From the NCBI GenBank assembly GCA_051294375.1, contig CM119266.1, positions 8,518,606 through 8,582,605 of the forward strand: a stretch of 64,000 nucleotides of DNA. The letters are read 5' to 3'. The translations under genes were made by a program, and so were the position numbers. Positions 12,726-26,700 of the stretch are shown in pieces. Below the pieces are notes generated by a model that was not told where the DNA came from, searched no databases, and saw only the letters and a program-made list of their open reading frames with translations. Each line of letters starts with the position of its first letter. Positions within the stretch are counted from its first letter, which is position 1. Source of the stretch: Paraspadella gotoi (lineage: Eukaryota; Animalia; Chaetognatha).

Positions 12726-12975
12726 GCGCTACGTGGGCTGAAGATGACTGTCCGTAACTTCTATAACCCCCTCTAACAGCCATGGAACGGGTCCCTGGGC
12801 TTGGAACCAGGCTTGAGGGTTTGCCATGCCCCCAAGGCGGCTTACGGCCGTCCTCACGCTTTCCGCAGGGTAGGTACCAGGTTGGGATTGAACTCGGTAC
12901 CTAGTGGTCATGAGCTGATGGCTTTACTCAATGAGCCACCGGGTCACAACTGAAAGCGTCATGATTCTAGGCGGG
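12726..12975 (-). mobile_element. tRNA-derived SINE-like element (family C) carrying a twister ribozyme
   Basis: Minus-strand head 12945-12874 GACCCGGTGGCTCATTGAGTAAAGC...CTCATGA...GAGTTCAATCCCAACCTGGTAC (A/B boxes, CAT-centred loop), followed by a twister fold. Confidence 0.7.
12787..12866 (-). ncRNA. Twister ribozyme, type P5 permutation (family C)
   Basis: GCGG(P5) AAA GCGT(P2') GA GGA(T1') CGGCCG TAA GCC(P2) GC(T2) CTTGGGGG-catggcaaa-CCCTCAAG(P3) CCTGG-TTCCAAGC-CCAGG(P4/L4) GAC CCGT(P5'). T1 is UCC:GGA here versus CCG:CGG in families A and B. Predicted cleavage at 12844/12843. Confidence 0.85.
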
Positions 12976-13209
12976 GTGAACCTGGGCAATGCCCGACTAC
13001 AATAGTAGTACTAAACAGATATTCCATGATCTACACAAGAAAACCCGTAGAATTCTACTTGACATTTATTACTATTAGGGACTTTTTCTACATCATAGCA
13101 GAACGTAAGAGGAGATTTGTGGGATTGTGACTTCTCTTCCTCAATTTCTTTAAGGATGGTCGGAAATAGAGGGTTGTTTTGTACTATACTTTTGATTCTT
13201 CTTTTTGCT

Positions 13210-13465
13210 TTAGAGTTTGCATTTTAGCTCACTTTCGTTTGCTGCATTATAGACTAATGCAGATGATGTATGCGAAGGAAGATTCAAGTAAGTTCGTAGA
13301 GCACGCAGATGGATTTTTTCAATTTTAGACCATTGATAGTCAGATATTGTCAGCCAAACAACACTTGAATAGTCGAAAATGGAAAGGACTAGGCTTTTGT
13401 ATACTCTCCCAGTCTTTGCCAGTTTGTTTACCGCAAGGATTTTTGTTTTTGCTTTTTCAACTAAT

Positions 13466-13470
<5 letters not shown>
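13210..13470 (-). mobile_element. Non-LTR retrotransposon (LINE) fragment, C-terminal RT/thumb region
   Basis: Translation VYKSLVLSIFDYSSVVW...WSKIEKIHLRALRTYLNLP matches the typical LINE YKxLVRxxLDYxxxVW...KLExIQxxALR pattern. Confidence 0.7.
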
Positions 13471-13520
<50 letters not shown>

Positions 13521-14033
13521 GGCCTGAAAAAAAAATAAAGGGAGAAAGAGAGAAAGAATAAAAATAGAAGAGAAAAAATAAGCCATAAGTGAAAGAGAGA
13601 GACAGAGACAGATAATAAACAAGAAAAAAAAATAAATAAGAAAGAAAGATACTTGGTGCACCTGTGATTTTGTTTCCAGACTCCAGTGATCGATGCTTGC
13701 ATTTCTTCACACTTGATAAGTGAATCGTTCCGGTTGACTTGACTACGAAGACACGTCTGAAAATGAAGCTTTGATTTCACTCTATGATAACGAATTGTGT
13801 AACATTTGTAGGTATTATTGAAATTTATTTATATCTGGTCTGTGGGAGAGTGTAAAACATAAAATAACCTTTTATTTTTCCTACAGCAGAAACACAAATC
13901 ATCTTTGACGAGGTATAAAAGGATAACGATGGCGCCAGTATTGGCGTTAAGTGTAGCGTGAGTTATGACGTCGTGAGTGGCGTAGCTTGTGGCGTCAGTA
14001 CTGGCGTTGAGCTTGGCAATGGCGAAGGCGGCG

Positions 14034-14112
14034 TGGGGGGTTGAGGCACCGTGGGCGGTTGAGGCACCGTGGGCGGTTGAGGCACCGTGGGCAGTTGAGG
14101 CACCGTGGGCGG
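14034..14112. repeat. 18-bp tandem repeat (GTTGAGGCACCGTGGGCG) x4
   Basis: Direct observation; reads PTVPQP or AHGAST on the minus strand. Confidence 0.85.
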
Positions 14113-14816
14113 AGTTGGTGAAGGCACAGTGGTTGAAAACGGAGTTGGTGGAGCTTGCACTTTTAGAGTTGTCCGAAGTCAAAAGATGAAAGCGGACTCT
14201 TGATGCTAGAGAATCTGAACAATTTATACCAAAATACAAAAATTATCAATATTTTACACTTGATTACGTATGTATGCGAGGCTTGTATGACCTCTGGTTG
14301 TTTTGACTTATATGCTTAATTGCATTGATTACTTATCTACTACTACTTATCTATCTAAAATTTTACCTTGTTCATTTGGATGATTCCAGACGATGTAACG
14401 AGGAAGACTGATTTCCATGGCACCATAGATTTAATCGCTGACATAAGTCTTTCTTTGGCTGTCATCGAATTGCTGAGTGATCTCTGACAATCATACGATC
14501 CGTGACATCAATAGTCGCGATGCGACGAATTTCATAACAACTTTAGTTCGCAACTTCACAGGCAGTTTTCGACGGTGAAATTCGAATTTCACATTTCAAG
14601 TTTTGGTTGGCGTCGCTTAGAATTTTTTACTGCCGGACAAAATTCCTTTAAATTGCTGTTTCAATATCTGTCGCGCTTGGGTCGCGTTACGTAACAATGC
14701 ATCGCATTTGAGCACTGAGCGATAGAAAAATTTATTTAATATTTTTTTTTTGTCTGAGCGAATTTTAATAAGAAAGCGCCACGCCTAGGCGAGCTTAGAG
14801 AGAGAGAGAGACGATG

Positions 14817-14849
<33 letters not shown>

Positions 14850-14987
14850 TTGGTGACGGCGACAGCGCCAAGGACGCGCCTGCTTGACGATGACGGCGAC
14901 GACGAAAACGACGACGAAAACGACGAAAACAAGAAAACAAAGTGTATCGATGGATCGACCTTGACGTCAATCAAAGTATCGGTATGT

Positions 14988-15119
<132 letters not shown>

Positions 15120-18100
15120 GAGAGATTGACGTCATCCGTTTCTCTGAACTTTCGAGCAAAAAGGTTTTGCGTCGTTTTGTACTGGCGTCTTGTCGTTTCT
15201 TGCAACTTGGAGTCCATCTTCTAATGTCACGGGTTTGTGAAACTTACCTTTGTGATTTGATCCTTTTATCTGCAATCTTTTTTTGGAGGTTGGAGAGGCA
15301 GGGTTCAATACAACGAAAGTAAAAGATTTTACGCCTGACTGATAAATATATATAAAGATGGAACTGAACTGAAGCACAGCTATGAGACGTGTTTAAGATA
15401 GAGAGAATGAGAATGAGAGAGAGAGGGAGAGAGAGAGAGAGAGTGGAGATAGTTTTATAAATTATTAGTAAAACTTGTAATGATATCGAGTGAAAAATTG
15501 AAAGTTTGTTTAAAAAATTAATCCGCTGGTAACCAAATGACTGATTTATCGATTGCCTAAACGATTATTGACTGATAAAAAGGTTGATAGAATGACTTGT
15601 ATTAACAAGTTTGAGCAAACAATGTCGGATCTGCCCACGATCATTATCGGTAATTAAATAATTAATAATTAATTAATTAATAATTAATCAATTCAAGTTA
15701 ATTTATTATTCAATTAAGTAATTAGTCAATTAATTAATTAATTAACTTGATCCGAAATGTTTGTTTTGATTGATTAATTGACTGATTAATTAATAATTGA
15801 TTAATTAATTGACTAATTGATTAATTAACTGATTAATTACTTGATTAATTTATACATCTTGCATTTTAATTTAATATAAAAAAAAGAAGCATAATCAATT
15901 AGTGAAACAGGTTTTTTGTTTTTTTTTCCATTTAAACTCATTTCCACTAGAAACTTGATTTCCAGCATAATCACACACTTTCCTACCTAGTACCTACATA
16001 AAAAATTTTAGGTCAATTGTCTCATCCACTAATTGGTGTTCAATAATTAAATATATTTTTTTGTTTTTTCCATTTAAACTCATTTCCACTCGGACGATTC
16101 CATCGAAACTTTATATTCAGCTTTATCACACACTTCCCTAACCACATACAAATTTTCATTCCAATCCATCCATCCAATCACGAGTAATTGGTTTTTTTTG
16201 TTAAGGTGGGACGGACGGACAGACAGACGGATAGGCAGACGGACGGACAGGCAGACGAACGGACGGACATCGTTTTTGTTGCATAATTTATCATAATTCG
16301 ATGTTCTGACAAGAAATAAGTTAATGCCCGACAAGATTGAGGGGGCGGACCGACGGACCGACAAAGTGAATTATAGAGTCGGGATCTGTTTATAAGCAGA
16401 TCCGACTAAAAATTTAAAATTAAATATCTTTTCGATCGGCGAGTTTGTTTGTTGGTGGCTCTGCCCTTCCGTCATCACTCATCAGTCAAAACTTTCGCCC
16501 ACTTTGATCTTTGTTCTTTCTTTAATCTCAATAGTAGTAGATAGAAGCAAGAGAGAAGAAGAAAGATCAAAGACGGGAGAGAGAGAGAGAGTAGAGACTC
16601 GAGATGACACGATCTGAGTTGAAGCCAGAGTGACTGGTAGCAGATTTGAGATTTAGCGCGTAGTAGAGTGATATTGTACTCGATTACGAAAGTCAGAGCG
16701 TTCTGCAACCGTATAAACTCTAGCCCTTCTCGAGTTTAGTGTAGCGCTAAGAAATGTGCCCCAGAGTATTGATGATTCTTCTCGTCTGCTCTATCCTCGT
16801 CTCTCTACTACGCTCTTCGCTCACTCTCTCTGGACCTGTTACACACATCGTCGTAACTCTACTCATCATATAACGTCTCAATACATCATCTCTCTAAACT
16901 CATGTCTCACTATTACTCTCGTCTCTCTCTCTCCTAATTTTTATTTTGGTTCTGGTTTTAAAATTTTTGCAATTTATTATAGGTGCAACAAGAATGATTT
17001 ATATTTTTTAGGTAAAATATCTCTGTTGGTTATTTGAAATTAGAGCTACTTAGTGTTCATGTATGAGACGTTAGTGTCATGTCATGTTTGTATCTCTGCG
17101 GTCTACATAGCTCCTAAAAACTATTGATGTATTTTGTTCGCTCGCAGCTCTGCTCTCTCGTGCGTCCCTCTCAACAAGACTATTACTGGAGATGATGGAG
17201 ATTTGCATGCAGTGTATATCTCTGTTAAGTATTGTTAATTAGTGTTATTAAGGATTGTTAATTACGTATTGTTAATGAGAAGGTGTTTTTCGTTTAGTTT
17301 TAACAATGACATCGACAGTTAAATTAGAACAAGTATCAATTATAATAAAGCATGAACGTAAAATTACAAGATTTAATAAAATTATTTTATCCTTAATGAA
17401 ATTAATTCCGACTAGAAAAAAAAGGGAAAAAAATTTCAGTTGCGTGAAAATTTGTGAGAAATAGATTCCCGTGAGACTCACGGAGTTTTTATCGCCGGAA
17501 AATAAAAATTACTTTTCAATAAAAAATAATTTGAAAAAATAAACCTTTTTGTCGAAACAAAAAGAGCAGTTTTGTCAATTCATTTTATTTTCATTTTCTT
17601 CGACGGGTTTCACGTATTTTGACATTTTAAGGGAACGAGTTTGTCAATGGGTTAGAAAATGAAATATTATTCTAAGATGAAGAGTTTATTAAATGATTTT
17701 AGTTGTTAATTAATCTATACATAAATTTAAAGCCTTCTTAAGAGTCAATGGAAAATTAAAAGAAAAAACTTAAAAAGAAAAGGTAAGTAAAAATGGGAGA
17801 GAAAAGAAGAGAAAAGAAAAGAGAAAGAAAGTAAAGTAAGAGAAAAAAGAAAATAGCGGAAAAAAGGTGAGGAGAAGAGAAAAAAAGAAAAGTGAAAAGA
17901 AAGAAAATAAAGAGAAGAAAAAGAGAAAAAAGATGATCGATCATGACTGATCACTTTTTTCTCTTTCATTTCAAATCAAAAACAAAAGCTCAAAAAAAAA
18001 TATATTAAAAAAAAAAGAAAAAAATCATCATCAAAATTTTGTGACGCGAAATACGGATTTTCGACTACGAGTTTATCGCCGATTTTTTTATTCTATTTTT

Positions 18101-18580
18101 TTATATATTTTTCAAATTGGATTCATAGAAAGTACAATTAACTCTATAACCTCGTCTTCACTCTCTCCTGTTTTCTTCAAAAGCTTAATTTGTTTTTTTG
18201 TTTATTCTTTTCTCCATTTTGATTAACTTTTTTGATTATTCAGCCGCGGATCTTCCTTTGGTTTCGCTTGTTTTTCATTATTTTTCAATTTCGTTTGAAT
18301 AATCAATGGCGGAAGCGTAAAAAAAAACCAAAAAAAACATAATTTGTTTTTGTTTCGGCGAAGAATAAACGTGAAAAAAAACCATAACAAAACAAAAAAA
18401 AATTAATTTTGACAAAAATTTTACAAAATTGAGGTGGATTTTTATTCGGGGTTTAAATAAAAAACGCGTCGGAACTCGAGAAAAGTTTAAAGTTTTTTTT
18501 TTTAATTATGAGGTTTTAATTTTACTCGAGCGAAAAAAAAAAGGTTATGGGCGGAGCTGGCTTTGTTTCTGACTCTATAA

Positions 18581-18633
<53 letters not shown>

Positions 18634-18844
18634 TGAATGAATGAATGAATGAATGAATGAATTGAATGATGAATGAATGAATGAATGAATGAATGAATGA
18701 ATGCTACTCAATTCATCAAAAAAAGTTTTTTTTATTTTAAAAAAGATGGAATTGATAAAAAAAAATCCTTAAAACCCAGTTTTATGTTTTTTCGATCGGA
18801 TTCAAATGAGTTTGTGAATTTGGTCTGTTCAACCTGGCCATTAA

Positions 18845-18897
<53 letters not shown>

Positions 18898-19402
18898 CCG
18901 AATCGATAAGTGTCCGCCATTAGTTACTCAGTTGTCTATTATTCTTTTTTTTGGTCCTTGTCATTGTTGTCGTCGTTGTCGTCGTCGTTATCGTCGTCTT
19001 TGTAGTCGTCGTTTTCGTGCTCATTCTTGCCGTCGCGGTCTTAATCACTCTTTCATTTTTTTATATTCCTAATCGACAATTAATTTTTGTTTTGATTTAC
19101 TTTTTTGTTTATTTTTTTTTAACTTGTTGTTTTAAATGTCATTTATTTATTTGCTTATAGATTTAATTGTTTGTGTATTTATATACTTATTTATTTGTTT
19201 ATTTGTTTTTTGTTTATTAGTTTTCTTGTTTACTTCTATATTTGTTTATATCTTACAAGTTTATTTGTTTATTTTTCCTTAGTTTATATATTTATTTTTA
19301 ATTTGCTTCTATGTGTATGCCCCATTTGAGGGAGTCGTTGCAAACGGCATTGGGTAGGATATGTTTCACACCTTCGTGTTAGTATTTTACAGAGAAAGAG
19401 AG

Positions 19403-19478
<76 letters not shown>

Positions 19479-20127
19479 ATAATTTGAAATCCTCAAAATC
19501 CCGAAAGAGAAATTATTATCCCGAACTCGAAAATTAAAAACTGATGCACGACGATTAGTGGAGAAGGAAAAAGAGAGAGGGGGGAGGAGAGAGGGAGAGA
19601 GAAGGGAGAAGAGAGGAAGGGAGGAAGTAAAGAGAGAGGACCTTATGAAAAAAAGGAAAGAAAAGAAATGAAAAGGAAAAGAAGAAATTTGGAGACCGAA
19701 ATCTTAGCGGAGACATCTAATTCAATTCGCAGGGAAAACAATTTTACTTTTTTTTTGTGGCCAGAATTTTCGTCATCGGTTTTATCATAAATATAATCAT
19801 CATCAGCAGCATTATCGTTATCTTATCGTCATTATTATAATTATTTTTATCGTCATCGTCATCATCGTCGTTGTCATTGGTCAAAAAATAAACTTTAAAA
19901 AAAATAAGATCGAAGTGAAAAAAAAATCTTTTTTCCAGACGATCGCTTTCGTCTCTTCCTCCTCCTCCTCCTCCTCTTCCTTTCTCTCTTCTTCTCCTCA
20001 TCCTCCTCTTCTTCCTCCCTATTTTCTTCCTTCTCCTCTTCTTCCTACTCTTCCTCCTCCTTCCTCACCACGACTTCGCACCATAAGATTAGAGATTTAT
20101 ATTATCGGCTTTGTTTCTAAAACGTTG

Positions 20128-20171
<44 letters not shown>

Positions 20172-21243
20172 CCTTTCCTGTCCTTTGCCTTGTGGCTTTT
20201 GGATTCGTTTCAAATCGAGATTTTTTTGTTTTTTTTCCCGTAAATCTATCCGAATCACTTTTTGGCTGAATCTATATCTTTCTAAATCACTTTCTATCTG
20301 AATCACTTTCTATCTAAATCTCCATTAATCTAAATATTATTTTTTATATCTCAATCTTTCTTAATCTGTGTATCCAATCTGAATCAATTTTTATCTTAAT
20401 TATATTCTCCTACTCTACAATCTATGTGTACATGTGTCACAATTCAGTTAAATTAGATCATTTTCATCATTATCATTATTTATTACACAGTAAACACTCC
20501 CTAAAATCATTTGTTTTCTTTCCCTCCCCACCCTCTTTCTCTCTCTATCTCTCTCTCTCTCACTCTCTCTCTCTCACTCTCCCTCTCTCTCACTCATTGA
20601 TGTGTCTGTTGGCCCGACAATGAAGCTTTTTTTTTTTAAATCTCTGTATTGTAGTATTTTTACATTCAGCACGCTTTCTTCGCTTTCTTCTTTCAAAATA
20701 CATTAGTTGTTGATGAAATATAATAGATACTTTTCTTTTCATAAATATGTCATCCAAAAGCCTTAAAACATTGATTATGCCATCAGACAAATTGATCTGC
20801 AGTTTATGAAAAAAAACTACACAAAAAGTCGCAAAAAGAAAATAAAAAACAATTAAAGAATCAAAAGAAAATGAAAAATTCAAGAAATGTTGTTTTTTTT
20901 TTTAATCCACGGAGAGAAAATATAAACAAACCTTTTTAAAACATTTTTTTTTCAGTTTCATCATCAGGAGCGAAAAATACAAAATAAATTTAAAGATAAA
21001 ATGAAATTAACTATGGGAAAAAATTTAATACAGATTTTCATTAGCTCCTGGGGGGAATATACTAATTTTTTCTCACTTGAGCAACCGTTAAACTATAAAA
21101 TTACTATTGCTGACGTCTTTTGCTTAGCCGTTTGCCGGAAGCAGTTAATTTATGCCAACATTAACAACCTTAACAAAAATAACAGAAGAACAAGAACTTT
21201 GAGTAAATGAACTCGAAAAAATTAACGGAAAACTTTTCGAGGC

Positions 21244-21280
<37 letters not shown>

Positions 21281-21295
21281 CTCTCCTCTACTTCT

Positions 21296-21332
<37 letters not shown>

Positions 21333-22334
21333 CTCTCTCTCTCCCATCCGAATAGCCATGTGCAGTTATTTTTCCCTCACCGCGAATTTCGACCGCTGAA
21401 CTTTTCGGAGATCGAAATTTTAAGGATCATAATCGATATCGTGTGATACGAATTACTGATATTTTTAAACCAAAAAATGATTAATAATAATCATATTGTT
21501 GATTAAACCAAGAGTTAAAGATATATAAACTGTAAATCGATATTGATTAGAAACTCCTATTATTTTTGCGTTATTAAAAAAGGTGTAAAATTTCGTTGGC
21601 GTTTTTCGACCTGTTTTATTTTAAGTGATTTNNNNNNNNNNNNNNNNNNNNNNNNNAATGATTAATAATTAATCATATTGTTGATTAAACCAAGAGTTAA
21701 AGATATATAAACGTGTAAACGATATTGATTAGAAACTCCTATTATTTTTTGCGTTTTAAAAAGATGTAAAATTTCGTTGGCGTTTTTCGACCTGTTTTAT
21801 TTAAGTGATTTGTCCTCACGAAACCGAGTTCTCTCTCTCCTCTCATCTCTTCGCTCAGTCTCTCTCTCACTCTCTTCTTCTCTCGTTCGACCGGCGTGTC
21901 TACGCGCGCAATCAGTCTATCTCTCTCTCTCTCTTTCTCTCTCTTTCTCTATTTTATCCATAACTTGCATATTAGTTCGAAGAAAAAAAAATATATTTAA
22001 ACTAAAAATATATAAATAAACAAAAAACTGTTTAACAGAAACCAAAAATAGTTGATTAGAGTCCTTGACTCCTTGACCTAGCGACCGGAGGTGATCGTAA
22101 TAAATGCAACCACTAAACGATGTGCGCTCACGTCGTCTGCCCTCTCAACGGCTGAGCTCGACCAAGCGTCTCCCTCTCGCTCTCTCTCTCGCACCCTCTC
22201 TCTCTCTCTGTGAGGAAAAAAAAAAACCTAAAAGAGACAATTAATCGAAACAAAAATAAAAAGAAAAAGCGAAACAAAAATGTCTTAAAAGTTTTGTTTT
22301 TAACGGAACAAAATAAAAACGTTTNNNNNNNNNN

Positions 22335-23682
22335 CGCCTCATTGACCATCAACAAAAAAACTTGCGGAATTCCCAAAGACCAAACTTGGCAACCGCAGAA
22401 TCTGGCCATCGGTGAGCTTTGGCGGGGGGGGGGGTAGGGGAGGAGAAGGAGGTGGTGGGATTGGGGGGTCAATGACTTGAGGAATTTAATCGTTGACTCG
22501 AGAGAGGAGTTCAAAATTAAACTCGGAAAGAAATTCAGCAATTAAATTTAATTTAAATTTAATTGTAATAGTTTTAATCGTTCGTGAAATTTAGCAGTCC
22601 CCGAGCAACATGATACCGGGATCGAACCCAGAACCTTTGGGCCAATGACTTGCCTTCGGCTCCGATGAATAGTTGATGGGTTTTAAGTCATTGGAAATGA
22701 TTAAAAAAAAATAAAAAAGTTTCAAATGCGGAGATGGTTTTATTTTTGGCTAAGATTAGGACTACGGACTACTGAGGCTCGGTGAAATTCGAAACTTCTC
22801 CAACGCTGAAATCAGGTGGCCAGGCAGTCGGTTTGCCAGTAGGTCGGACGGAGTCGCGTGACCTACAGGAAAGGATTTCACCTTATGAAACCTTTGGACC
22901 GAAAATGGAACCGGAATTTAGTTCCTTTCATTCTCAAGTTTCGCAACAACAAAAAAATCGACTTTGATGTGGAAAGACGATTGCGCTCCGAAGAGCAGAG
23001 ATCAGGGCAAAGGGAACTCGGGAAAAGAAAAGAGGAAAGAGGAAAGAAAAGGAAAAAGAGGAAAGAAAAGAAAGGAAAAGGAAAGAAGAGAAAAGAAAAT
23101 AAAAGAAAAGGGCAGAAGAGGAAAATAAAGAAAAAAATAGGAAAGAAAAAACAAGAGAGAGGAAAGACAAGGAAAAGGAAGAAGAGGAAAGAGAAGAAAA
23201 AATAAAAGGAAAGAAAAGAAGAGAAAATAAAATAAAAGAAAAAGGCAGAAGAGGAAAAGAAAGAAAAAAAGAGGAAAAGAAAAACAAGAGAGAGGAAAGA
23301 CAAGGAAAAGAAAGAAGAGGAAAGAGAAGAAAAAGAAAAGGAAAGGAAAGAAGAGGAAAGAAAAAAATAAAAAAAAGAAAAGAAGAGGAAAGGAAAGAAA
23401 AAAGAAAGGAAAATAAAATAAAAGAAAAGAAAAGAAATGAGAAAAGAAAAAAGAAAAACATACAAGAGAAAAGCAAAGATAAACAAAGAAATTGGTTTCT
23501 TTTCGTTTTCAATTGTTTTGTTTGTTTTTTTGTTTTAGTTTTACCTCTCATTTTTCTTTTGTGATCTCTGATCACTTGATCAGTCACATCACATTCACCA
23601 CAGAAAATATCCACTTCAAAGAAAAGATTTAAGACCTACAGCCTGAGTTTGACTCGGGTTAGAAAGAAGTTAGAGAGCGAGC

Positions 23683-23781
<99 letters not shown>

Positions 23782-26700
23782 CCACAGGTTGTGTTTTTCC
23801 CCAATTAACACGATTCATCCCGAAATTTCAGATGATGAAAAAAGGTCTTTTTCCTTCAAAGATCCGGCGGAGAAAAAAAAAAAAAAGAAATTTCATTTGA
23901 ATTCCCGAAATTTATAAGTTAACGTCATCCTTAGAAAAAATTAGTTTATTAATACTTTTTTAAATCATTAATTATAAAAGTTAATTAATGATCGAGAAAG
24001 TAAAGATTATAATGAAGGCAATCTCCATCTTCTGCCGAAAAATATTTTTTTCTTTATTCAAAAAAATCCTTTTTAGTTTCTTCCTCTTTTTCGCTCTCCG
24101 TTGGTCCAAAGAATCCGATAATTTAAAAAGTTTTATTTCTTATTTTATTTCTAGTTTTATTTTCGGTTTTCTTTATAGTTTTATTTCTTTATAGTTCTAT
24201 TTCCAGGTTTATTTCCAGTTTTCTTTCCTGTTTTCTTTCCGGTTTTATTTCTAGTTTTATTTCTGATTTTGTTTTTAGTTTTATTTCCAGTTTTATTTCT
24301 AGTTTTATTTCCAGAAAAACTTTTTTTACTCTTTTTACTTCTTTCCCTTCTTTTACTTTTACCTAGAATTTTATATTTCTTACTTCTTCAGTTATATTAC
24401 CAGTTATATTTATGAATTTATTTCTAGTTTTACATACAATTTTATTTATAATTTTATTTACGATTTCATATCTATTTTTATTTACAGTTACTTTACAGTT
24501 TTATTCCCATTTCATTTCCACTTTTTCACTATTAATCGAAATTCCATATTATTCGGTTATGAGAAAATCTTTCAATAAATTCTCAAGCGCTACGTCGGAG
24601 GGCGCAGCGGGAAAAGAAGAAAAGAAAGGAGGAAGGAGAGAGAAAGGAAAAGAGAGAAGGAAATAAAAGAAAAATAAGGAAAAGAGAGAAGGAAATAAAA
24701 GAAAAAAGAAAGGAAAAGGGAAGGAAAAAAATATAAGGAAAACATATAGAGAGGGAAGGAGGGAGACTGAGAGACAGAGAACGAGACAAAGTAAAAAATA
24801 AAGAGAGAGAAACTGAAAACCTTCAATCTTCAAAAAAAAAATCTTTACTCGTTATTCTATCGGCTTAAAACTTCGGCTGTTACAATTATATAAGACGCGA
24901 TGTACAGTCTCGTAGAAAAAACTTATTGTGCAGTTAAAAAAAAAATTTCAGTATTGATTTTTTCATTTTTATTGTTTCTCATCCGAGGCATTACTCCCTG
25001 AATGTTATGTAGAAAAAATAATGCAAAATCTCTTAAAGCTCTCAAGATACAGTTAAATACATAAATGCTGACAGAATTCAAACTAAAAAAGAGATTGGTT
25101 TATTCTTAACATGTGAACAACATATCTCTTAAAAAACAATGCAATCGGAATCTCCTTGTTTAAGCTGTCGTTTGATATCAAAAACTTCAAACATTTGTCT
25201 GTCCATATGTCTGTCTGTCCATCCTTTCTCCAGTACCTTTAAAGTCTTATTACTTATGTTTGGATGAATCAATGAGTTGAAATTTTTTGTCTGTGATTAA
25301 AAAACTAGTTCATTGAGCTGGATTCAAGTTTCAATGGAATCAAGCTAGTAGAAGTAGTTTTAATAGAAAAAGTAAAGATTAATTTTAATTTATTAATTTA
25401 ATTGTATTTTTAATATTATTTTTAGATGCGCCGAGATTAAGAGCCATGCAAGTCTATCAAAAACTTTTTTTATTTCGTTATATACGGTCGATTTTATTTG
25501 ACCTAAAGCTAATCTTCAATTTATATTTACTACAGTACCGGAAACCTAGAATGTCGTAAATCTGTACATGGGATAACTTTTCCATTTATAGGATAAATGG
25601 CTTTAGGATTTTATAGGACGTTGCCTGATGTCTGGCTATTGCCCATTTAAGCAATTTTTTCAAAAAATAATCTTAAACCACTTAGAAATTAGCTCAAAAT
25701 TTTTTTTTAAAAACTTTCTTAGCTCTAATATATTTTAAATTTTTTTCTTAAAATTTTGCTAACTTGTACTCAAGAGGGTTTGTAAACTTCTGTAGAAATA
25801 TTGTTACTATCAAAAATGTTTTTTCCATATTATCAGTGCTAATATTAGATGAGTCATTTTTTCAATGATACATAACTTCCTTATTGTGAATATTTATGGT
25901 TTTAAATTTAGTAATAGGTAGGCCTTGGGTAGTCCTGCAATACATATATTTATTGATAAATCAACCACTTATTAATTATATTCATATCCATAGTCTATGA
26001 TCTGGATTGAAAATTAGAGCTCAGGATAAGTTTTTACCATAGAGTTCATTACTGTTGGTCACTTTGTTGTCCATTACAGTTGCTGACTCTCTTTCTGCTC
26101 TCTCTCTTTTCTTCCTTAACCAGTGCTGCGATTTCACTTTTCAGTCACATAAAATACTTTCTTATCTGACGTCTCCTGGTTATGAAAAAAAATATTGTGA
26201 TACCTCGAACGTGCAACCTTCGCATCTAAACAACAATCAATTCTCTCTCTCACTTTAGCTTTTGCCTCTTTGCTCTCACTCTTTGCCTCACTCCTCTATG
26301 TCGCTTTCTCTTTGTTTCTGCATCAATTTCAGAACTTTTGCTCACTTACATTACATTACACACATTACAGTATTATTATTAAAAGCAATGATTCATAAAA
26401 ATTAATAGCAAATGATCACAATAACATAAGATAAGAAAAACTGTCCTCCAAATCCCTCTTGAATACTTATGGAAACATAAAAGAAAAAAAAAAAGAAAAA
26501 ACGAAAATTTAAAAAAAAAAACTTTTTCAGACCATGCTCACGAAAATTATAATTTTGCATAAAAAATAATAATCAAAAAAATAAAAACATCAGATTGTGA
26601 CAAAATCGATTGGGAAAAATCTGATTTTTTTCAAAAGCAAAAATTTCTCAAGTTCCTTATTTATAATCTCCATGAGACAAATGTTTTTTTCGAAAATTTA

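Noticed and set aside
12874-12945. Functional tRNA-Met gene
   Set aside because: Acceptor and anticodon stems are mismatched; treated as a tRNA-derived head.
16540-16935. Imperfect inverted repeat (gcgtagtagag / ctctactacgc)
   Set aside because: Only patchy symmetry in noisy AG/CT-rich sequence; could be a low-quality segment.
21475-21811. Direct duplication of ~155 bp
   Set aside because: The copies flank an N gap, typical of a contig-end overlap artefact.
22858-23614. Long F/S/L-rich and K/R/E-rich ORFs
   Set aside because: Polypurine low-complexity intronic tract with no splice or domain support.
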